A stretch of 64,000 nt of DNA, taken from assembly GCA_036834845.1 (NCBI GenBank), contig DAITNB010000008.1:34849-98848 (forward strand), given 5' to 3'. Origin of the DNA: a bacterium (GTDB lineage: Bacteria > Bacteroidota > Ignavibacteria > Kapaibacteriales > Kapaibacteriaceae). Shown piece by piece: positions 58,300 through 64,000 of this stretch. The first letter of the stretch is position 1; every line of letters starts with the position of its first letter. Both the position numbers and the translations under genes were made by a program. A model generated the notes under the pieces. It was not told where the DNA came from and made no database searches. It was given only the letters and a program-made list of their open reading frames with translations.

Positions 58300-60540
58300 C
58301 TAGTTTTTAAACACATTCTTCACTACGTGTCCACCCTTGCCTGTAACCACAACTACGTACCAACCACTGGAGACCCCACTCAACGCAATGGGCTTCGTGT
58401 TCTTTCCCGGTACAAGCAACCATGGTTCGGTTGCAACAAGTTGTCCTGCCGCATTCAGCACCTCAATCAGTACGTGACCGGCAGATTCCGATGTATACTC
58501 CACCGAGAATGTTTCCTTGCTTGGGTTAGGGTACAACACAATCGATTCTGGGTTGTTTGGAACGTCAACGGTCCCTGATGTTACAATAGTCTGCTTGATA
58601 GCGGCGTAGGCATTTACCTTACCGGCACCCCATAGCGATGAATCGGGTGCATGCGTTGTAAAGGTGTCGAGCGACGCCGTTCTCTGTAAAACAAACTTTA
58701 TGGCCTCGGGCGTAAGGTTTGGGTTTACTTGCAACATGAGAGCTACAACGCCAGCAACCATGGGCGACGCAAAGGAAGTGCCCTGACCCGCGGAGTAGTA
58801 GTACATACGTCCATTCTTCGAAGATGCGTACCGTGATACCAAGAAAGGCGCAGAGCCGCCTCCCGGTTGTGCATCTGAATCATAGGAGTTCGCTGGGGAA
58901 ACAATCATGCCACCCGGTGCTACAATTTCGGGCTTCATGCGATTATCTAACGTGGGCCCCTTACTTGAGTAATGCGCAAGCATTCCGCGCTGGTTATTCG
59001 TTGGATTCCAGTACGTGTTGTTCTGCAGACTTCGCCAGTACACTCTGCTCACCGATGCACCAACCGTAATAACAGACTTCGCGCACGCCATCTCACCAAT
59101 GGTATATCTATCGTCACCATCAGATGCTCCGGATTCGTTACCCACGAAGTCGCCCCAGATTGTTACCCACGATTCGTCAAAGTACTCCTGCCACATATGT
59201 AGCGATCCGCCCGCACTATACGCGCTTAGGTACAAGGTGTCCTTGGAGTTGCTCGCGATGTCAATGGTGGCATGGGGCTTCCCGTTGTAGTCTCTCGACT
59301 TCGTTGTAAGGGTTACAAAGCATGTGTCGCCGTCCGAACCAATCATAAAGAACTGTTGCGTTGCATCGTTCATACAATAGGTAGCAGTTGTATTTATCAC
59401 GCTGCCACGACTGTACATCCCAAACTGCAAGCAAAAGGAATGCAGACTATCGCCCCATGCATCAATGTAGTTTCTGCGATCTCCGCCATTATAAACCTCG
59501 AGTGGCACTAATGTGTGCAGCGCTGTATCGGTCGTGGTAAACTCCTTGCCAATGTGGACTTTAGAGTTGCCGTTGTTCATTGCACTCATAACAATAATTC
59601 TGCCGGGTCCGGCAAGGTTATCGCATGCCTGAGCAAACAACGATCCGCCGTCTCTTGCCCCAATCTGAGAGCCCATGCTGATATTCACCACTGCCGGTTT
59701 ACCAACAGATTGGGCATAAGAGAACACGTAGTTGATGCCATCTATGATGGTAGGGGTGCTTACATCTCGCCAGTCGAGGTAGGTGTATGGCACGCTAACA
59801 AACACCAATTCACTTTCGGGAGCAACGCCACGTCCCGCTGCGGCACTTTTGCTGCCCACCCCGGAACCCGCTGCTATGCCGGCACATTGCGATCCATGAG
59901 AGCCGGCGTTGTCAAAGTCGTACCTCCGCTGCAACAAAGCCGCTGTATCGGAGAATTCTGCGCCATAGTCATACCCGGTAGGGGGAGTTCCCTCTATGTT
60001 TTGCACCCATGCCTTGGCAATGCGCAGCTTTGAGTACGACGTGTCGTAAAAGGCCGGATGAGTAAAGTCGAATCCTCCATCAATAATGCCCACCACTACG
60101 CCCTTACCGCTCAAAGGCATCGGAAGTCCTATGCCATTTGCCACCGAATCAACATTCGCATAGTATCGCGCAGAATCCATCTGCAGCGCAACGCGTTGTC
60201 CCAATTCCAAGTATTCAATCCCGCGAATCTCGGTAAGCTGTCTAACCTTTTCCCTTGGGATGCGCACGGTCCAGATGTTGCCAGCTCTCGTTCCTACAAT
60301 TGCTCCAGACTGCTTTAGAGCCGATTCGTCTATATCTGCGGCAACCTTCATCAGCAGGTGCACCCGTGGCGCACGGCTCTGAATGTGGTGGCTACTACCA
60401 CCAAGCCGAGCCACCGGCGAAGTGGAATCTTCATGAAGAAGCTGCATTAAACCAGCAGACAGACTCACGTGATTGTGTTGTGCCATTGTGGCAAGTGGAA
60501 GCAGTGCAACGACGATGATGATCGTTATACGTAATCGCAT
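58300..60540 (-). CDS. S8 (subtilisin-like) serine peptidase with T9SS C-terminal domain
   Basis: Catalytic motifs GIIDGG (Asp), HGSQCAG (His), GTSFASPMVAG (Ser); YSSKGPT.D.RMKPEI.APG; LYPNPSKE CTD. Confidence 0.92.
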   Translation of the reverse strand: MRLRITIIIVVALLPLATMAQHNHVSLSAGLMQLLHEDSTSPVARLGGSSHHIQSRAPRVHLLMKVAADIDESALKQSGAIVGTRAGNIWTVRIPREKVRQLTEIRGIEYLELGQRVALQMDSARYYANVDSVANGIGLPMPLSGKGVVVGIIDGGFDFTHPAFYDTSYSKLRIAKAWVQNIEGTPPTGYDYGAEFSDTAALLQRRYDFDNAGSHGSQCAGIAAGSGVGSKSAAAGRGVAPESELVFVSVPYTYLDWRDVSTPTIIDGINYVFSYAQSVGKPAVVNISMGSQIGARDGGSLFAQACDNLAGPGRIIVMSAMNNGNSKVHIGKEFTTTDTALHTLVPLEVYNGGDRRNYIDAWGDSLHSFCLQFGMYSRGSVINTTATYCMNDATQQFFMIGSDGDTCFVTLTTKSRDYNGKPHATIDIASNSKDTLYLSAYSAGGSLHMWQEYFDESWVTIWGDFVGNESGASDGDDRYTIGEMACAKSVITVGASVSRVYWRSLQNNTYWNPTNNQRGMLAHYSSKGPTLDNRMKPEIVAPGGMIVSPANSYDSDAQPGGGSAPFLVSRYASSKNGRMYYYSAGQGTSFASPMVAGVVALMLQVNPNLTPEAIKFVLQRTASLDTFTTHAPDSSLWGAGKVNAYAAIKQTIVTSGTVDVPNNPESIVLYPNPSKETFSVEYTSESAGHVLIEVLNAAGQLVATEPWLLVPGKNTKPIALSGVSSGWYVVVVTGKGGHVVKNVFKN

Positions 60541-60612
60541 TACGTTGGTCCTTCTGTGTGGGGTGTGTTAGAATTGTGTCTCTTGAGACAACTCTTAGCC
60601 AGCCATCCTCGT

Positions 60613-61068
60613 CTATTTCTTTAGCTTCAACTCATACAATGTAATCCACTCGTGGGCAGACATCTTCCGCATAAGCTTCCCAATGAGATCAAAGGGTATG
60701 TTATCCACCTTTTTAAACCGTACGCAGCTCTTACCCATGTCCAATTTGTGAGAACAGTATGTAGCATACTCTGCCACAAACCACTTGTACAATTCAGGGT
60801 CCAAATATAGACCCATGTGATAAAAGTTGATGGAGTTCTTCTGCGAGGCAAGCCCAGCAAACGGCAGTGGCTCGCTGGGCTTACAGTGGTAACCGGCAGG
60901 GTACAACGCGTGCGGAATAACATACCCCAATCCACCGTAGCTTATGGCAGCTTCGAATCCACGTGGCAGATTCTCAACAATCACTGCGTGGAGCTTCTCG
61001 AATGCCTCCCTACGTTCTAGGGGTACATTGGCAAGAATCTCTTCAACCGTAGTTCCCGGCTGTTTCAT
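60613..61068 (-). CDS. DUF1801 domain protein
   Basis: LGYVIPH.LYPAGYHC.P..PLPF..LASQKN.I.FYHMGLY, KLDMGKSCVRFK. Confidence 0.85.
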   Translation of the reverse strand: MKQPGTTVEEILANVPLERREAFEKLHAVIVENLPRGFEAAISYGGLGYVIPHALYPAGYHCKPSEPLPFAGLASQKNSINFYHMGLYLDPELYKWFVAEYATYCSHKLDMGKSCVRFKKVDNIPFDLIGKLMRKMSAHEWITLYELKLKK

Positions 61069-61320
61069 TGTTGCTCCAAAACGGTATCAATGCCAATCAC
61101 AAATGTATCGCACACCGGCGAGAACGCCAGCATGTACCCTGCATTAATATGCTGCGATCCATTCATCACCCTATTCCCCCTGGTGCCAGACCGTGTCTTA
61201 TATGATAGGGGGCGATACTTCGCTGCCTCTCTACACAATGTATGCATCTTGTTCAGATACAACGCATCGCGGCGTACGCCGTGCATGCCCCCTAACATGC
61301 CATACATCGTGTTTCAGCTA

Positions 61321-62040
61321 TCATGGTCTTGCATCTGGCGCATACTTGCGTAGTATTCCTGTGTCGAATGGTGTCCACAAACAGGCCCGGAGATTTGCAG
61401 CCTTTAATGCGCTGTTTGTCCATGTGTTGCAGGTGTTCAAAAAGCTGTACGTTCCTTCGGCCTCGTAATACGCATCGTTGTTGAGCGAGGAGCGAAAGGC
61501 AATACGCCGAGCGGCGCCTGTGTTTGTTAAGGAGAAACTATTGTATATGTATGCCACGAGCTTTAGGTATTGCTCTCGGTCTATGAGGATCTTTCGGCAA
61601 TTTTCGGATTCCTCAACGTTATTGTAGAATGTAACATGCATTGCAGATGTGCCGAGGAAAAACAGAGCTTTGAATGCAACACGGAACGTGAGATCGCCCC
61701 ACGTTGGCGTTTCCAGATAGAACCCTTTATCGCCCCATCCAAAAGCCACATACCGAGGGGTATCAACTCCCATCTTTGTATCTGCAGGAGTTATAAGGTA
61801 GTCCCAATGCATGCAAGAGCTTTCGTACGGCACAATGATGTCTGTGTGGACACCATTTGTGGAGACATAGATTTCTACATCGTCTTCCCTTCCCTGACTG
61901 CTGCCGGCATTAACTGTTATTGCAGACAGACCAAGGGCAGCGATGAAGTACACTACAACAAGCAGCATACATGCTGCCAGTGCAAGTACAGTGTGGCGGA
62001 GAATTTTACGAATCATGGTGGCGGGTCTTTGGGTAGACAA
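61321..62040 (-). CDS. TIGR02117/DUF2459 family protein
   Basis: TNGVHTDI.VP, Y.AFGWGDKGFYLETPTW, FY.A.G.YS...TCNTWTN..LK. Start may be at MIRK (62016). Confidence 0.8.
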   Translation of the reverse strand: MSTQRPATMIRKILRHTVLALAACMLLVVVYFIAALGLSAITVNAGSSQGREDDVEIYVSTNGVHTDIIVPYESSCMHWDYLITPADTKMGVDTPRYVAFGWGDKGFYLETPTWGDLTFRVAFKALFFLGTSAMHVTFYNNVEESENCRKILIDREQYLKLVAYIYNSFSLTNTGAARRIAFRSSLNNDAYYEAEGTYSFLNTCNTWTNSALKAANLRACLWTPFDTGILRKYAPDARP

Positions 62041-62267
62041 TGCCTTCGTACATCACAAGATAGCTTACAAAGACCGCTCAACATGCATCGCCACCTTCTT
62101 GAGCAGCATTCTTTGTCCAACAACTGTCTCAATCCACTGAATTACAATCGATAACGCAAAGAGGCACATACGTACTTTATCAAAGCAAGTACGGTGCCGG
62201 TATCAGCATCAGCAGAACGGATGTTGAGTCGCACACTACGTTTAAGGGTAAGCCGCATATCGCTTTC

Positions 62268-62792
62268 CTATCGAATTCGTAGTAGTTCATATACCGTGTA
62301 ACCGTCTACGTACAAATCTCCCACGTACCGGCACTCCAGGGTGAATACTTGGTCCTCGTTCTCCGTTAGTATTCGGTGCTGTTCGGGACTACACGAGATA
62401 ACGATTCTTCTCGCATTCGCATCGGCAATCTGGATGCTCGGTTTGTACAGCGTTCCGAGTTGTTTCATTCGGGCTACCATAAACATATAGGACAGCGAAA
62501 AACTGTCCTTTGTCATCAGTATAGAGTCCGTTGCGATAAGCTGGTCCGCCCCCTTTACGGATCCAACGTTGCGCATCATAAAGAATGCCGTTAAAAGATC
62601 CATCCGCTCAAGATACGGGGCGATTTCTCTTTCCAGGCTCACTCGATCTTCTACTGTAAGTAAATTAGTAGTACTCAGGTGGAAGTGCTTTGTAATTGTA
62701 CCTGTAAACACGCGCACGTTTTGTGCGGAAGCTCCGCCAATTACAAGCACGTAGCATGCAATGTTGATCAATGCGGTCTTCGTTGTGTGCAT
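62268..62792 (-). CDS. Hypothetical secreted protein
   Basis: Signal-peptide-like N-terminus from ATG 62792; co-oriented with and abutting the upstream gene; no family recognised. Confidence 0.5.
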   Translation of the reverse strand: MHTTKTALINIACYVLVIGGASAQNVRVFTGTITKHFHLSTTNLLTVEDRVSLEREIAPYLERMDLLTAFFMMRNVGSVKGADQLIATDSILMTKDSFSLSYMFMVARMKQLGTLYKPSIQIADANARRIVISCSPEQHRILTENEDQVFTLECRYVGDLYVDGYTVYELLRIR

Positions 62793-62793
62793 T

Positions 62794-63288
62794 TTACTCG
62801 GTCTCCAGATAGTAATATGTAGCAAAGAGGGAGTCTCCCGCTATTGCGTTTACACGCTGTACCCAGGCAGGATACGCATAGGTGGCCTGCAGAACCGTGT
62901 CGTTAAGCTGGCGGAGTGTAGCAAACACCTCACCATGCCGAGGGTATGCTTCTACTCCATGAGAGCTCTCTAACATGTCCATGTCCAGCATGCAGTCGGC
63001 TCGGTAGGACCACAACACGTCGATGGAAGAATCTGACCTATGATAGGTGAAGTAGTCATAGCAACACTGTCCGTGATAGTAGTACGAAACGTAATCATCA
63101 CGCAAGATGATGCGGCATAAATAGCCAGACGTATCCGCATGCTTTGGTTCCCACTCCGAGGTAGTTCTCATGGTTGGATGCTTTCGTATCGCAGTCTCAC
63201 CACTATTACTTATCCACCAGACAAGAGCAAACAAGCAGGTGCCGATAACTGATGCAACGATGGCGCGTAGTAGTTTGCTGTACTCCAT
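62794..63288 (-). CDS. Hypothetical membrane-anchored protein
   Basis: One N-terminal TM segment then a Tyr/Cys-rich beta domain; start ATG 63288; no family recognised. Confidence 0.5.
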   Translation of the reverse strand: MEYSKLLRAIVASVIGTCLFALVWWISNSGETAIRKHPTMRTTSEWEPKHADTSGYLCRIILRDDYVSYYYHGQCCYDYFTYHRSDSSIDVLWSYRADCMLDMDMLESSHGVEAYPRHGEVFATLRQLNDTVLQATYAYPAWVQRVNAIAGDSLFATYYYLETE

Positions 63289-63363
63289 TATGCTGACGCA
63301 GTGTGTGCTGTACACGGTGAATACATGGAAGATAGCGGGAAGGGGGCAAAACAGCAGATTCTA

Positions 63364-63960
63364 TTAGCGCGTGTAGAATGCGAACGGTCCACCACAACCT
63401 ACCTCCATGGTTCTTCCTCCGGCAGACTCGAAGTGTGTTCGCAGATTGCGCTTATGCGTGGACCACGTTCCGCTCTCTTGCTCGCAGTGGATGTGGCAAA
63501 TGATAATCTCGGTGGGATTGAATATGTATATGCAGGGAATAGACTTGGCGGACTGTTGTGCCACACCCCATACTACTGTTGTGCCCGATCCGGAAAAGCA
63601 TCGAAGAATGCTGTCTCTGGCTGCTGCGCACTGTGTGCTGTCTGCAAACTGGTAGAAGGAGAAGAACAGGCGCTGGTATGTTCTCTGATGGTAGATGTTC
63701 CTTGTTGTCTCTTTCGCTTTAAGGGTTACCTGTTTTGCCCACACAGCATTCTCAACTGGAGTTGATTGCCCTGTTCCATTTAGGTTTTCATTGCGCACTA
63801 CACGATAGGATGTTAACTTCTGTAGATATTTAGCTACTCGATCTGCAAACGATATGTCCTTCGTGCGCGTGTCCCCAGCGATGGCAACGCAGGTAGTCGT
63901 TAAGGTGAGGAGAATAATAAGAACAAGGCAACCTAATTTGCCAATCATTGGGCCGAACAT
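63364..63960 (-). CDS. Hypothetical secreted protein
   Basis: Hydrophobic N-terminus; several Cys (QCA, RCF, PCI, CHIHC, GCGGP); no family recognised. Confidence 0.5.
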   Translation of the reverse strand: MFGPMIGKLGCLVLIILLTLTTTCVAIAGDTRTKDISFADRVAKYLQKLTSYRVVRNENLNGTGQSTPVENAVWAKQVTLKAKETTRNIYHQRTYQRLFFSFYQFADSTQCAAARDSILRCFSGSGTTVVWGVAQQSAKSIPCIYIFNPTEIIICHIHCEQESGTWSTHKRNLRTHFESAGGRTMEVGCGGPFAFYTR

Positions 63961-64000
63961 GCCGGGTACCTCTTAGGTGCCGGGTACTGCGCGTAAATAT

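Noticed and set aside
61065-61320. Short ORFs between DUF1801 and TIGR02117 genes
   Set aside because: Overlapping small ORFs on both strands with no family signature.
49338-64000. Integron cassette array
   Set aside because: The gaps I inspected (60541-60612, 62041-62267, 63316-63363) lack RYYYAAC...GTTRRRY attC boundaries and no intI is present. An IntegronFinder run would be decisive.
1-64000. tRNA, rRNA, tmRNA, SRP or RNase P genes; transposases; integrases
   Set aside because: None recognised by eye. tRNAscan-SE, Infernal and ISEScan would be needed to exclude them formally.

Overview
A gene-dense bacterial window, mostly housekeeping and cell-envelope genes, very probably from the FCB group. 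Five proteins carry T9SS C-terminal sorting domains, and the lipoprotein, beta-barrel and cohesin-like/Ig-like architectures suggest a Kapabacteria/Ignavibacteria/Chlorobi-like lineage (inference). Bases 1-49,300 hold recognisable core genes (kmo, ldcA, MurNAc/GlcNAc kinase, S41 protease, trmH, tal, crtI, ccmB, prfA, pccB, nusB, leucine dehydrogenase, sod, fbp, usp, thiN, miaB) interleaved with T9SS cargo and outer-membrane proteins. Bases 49,300-64,000 look accessory: mostly minus-strand small hypothetical, DUF and beta-barrel genes plus at least two decayed gene remnants (DUF1801, class III nucleotide cyclase). I recognised no tRNA, rRNA, CRISPR array, integrase or transposase. The most unusual observations are: (i) a Tat-exported superoxide dismutase gene bracketed by inverted GGAATTAC/GTAATTCC short-repeat arrays that share a perfect 16-bp inverted match; (ii) two IgGFc-binding-domain paralogs using different C-terminal modules (T9SS CTD vs beta-barrel), each next to a calcineurin-like phosphoesterase, one inside a tightly coupled DUF4397 - cohesin/T9SS - IgGFc-barrel - ccmB - phosphoesterase operon; (iii) an MqnA-like protein lacking the usual conserved motifs; (iv) a lipoprotein that appears to be two tandem beta-barrels. 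No complete, clearly novel system can be proven from the sequence alone.
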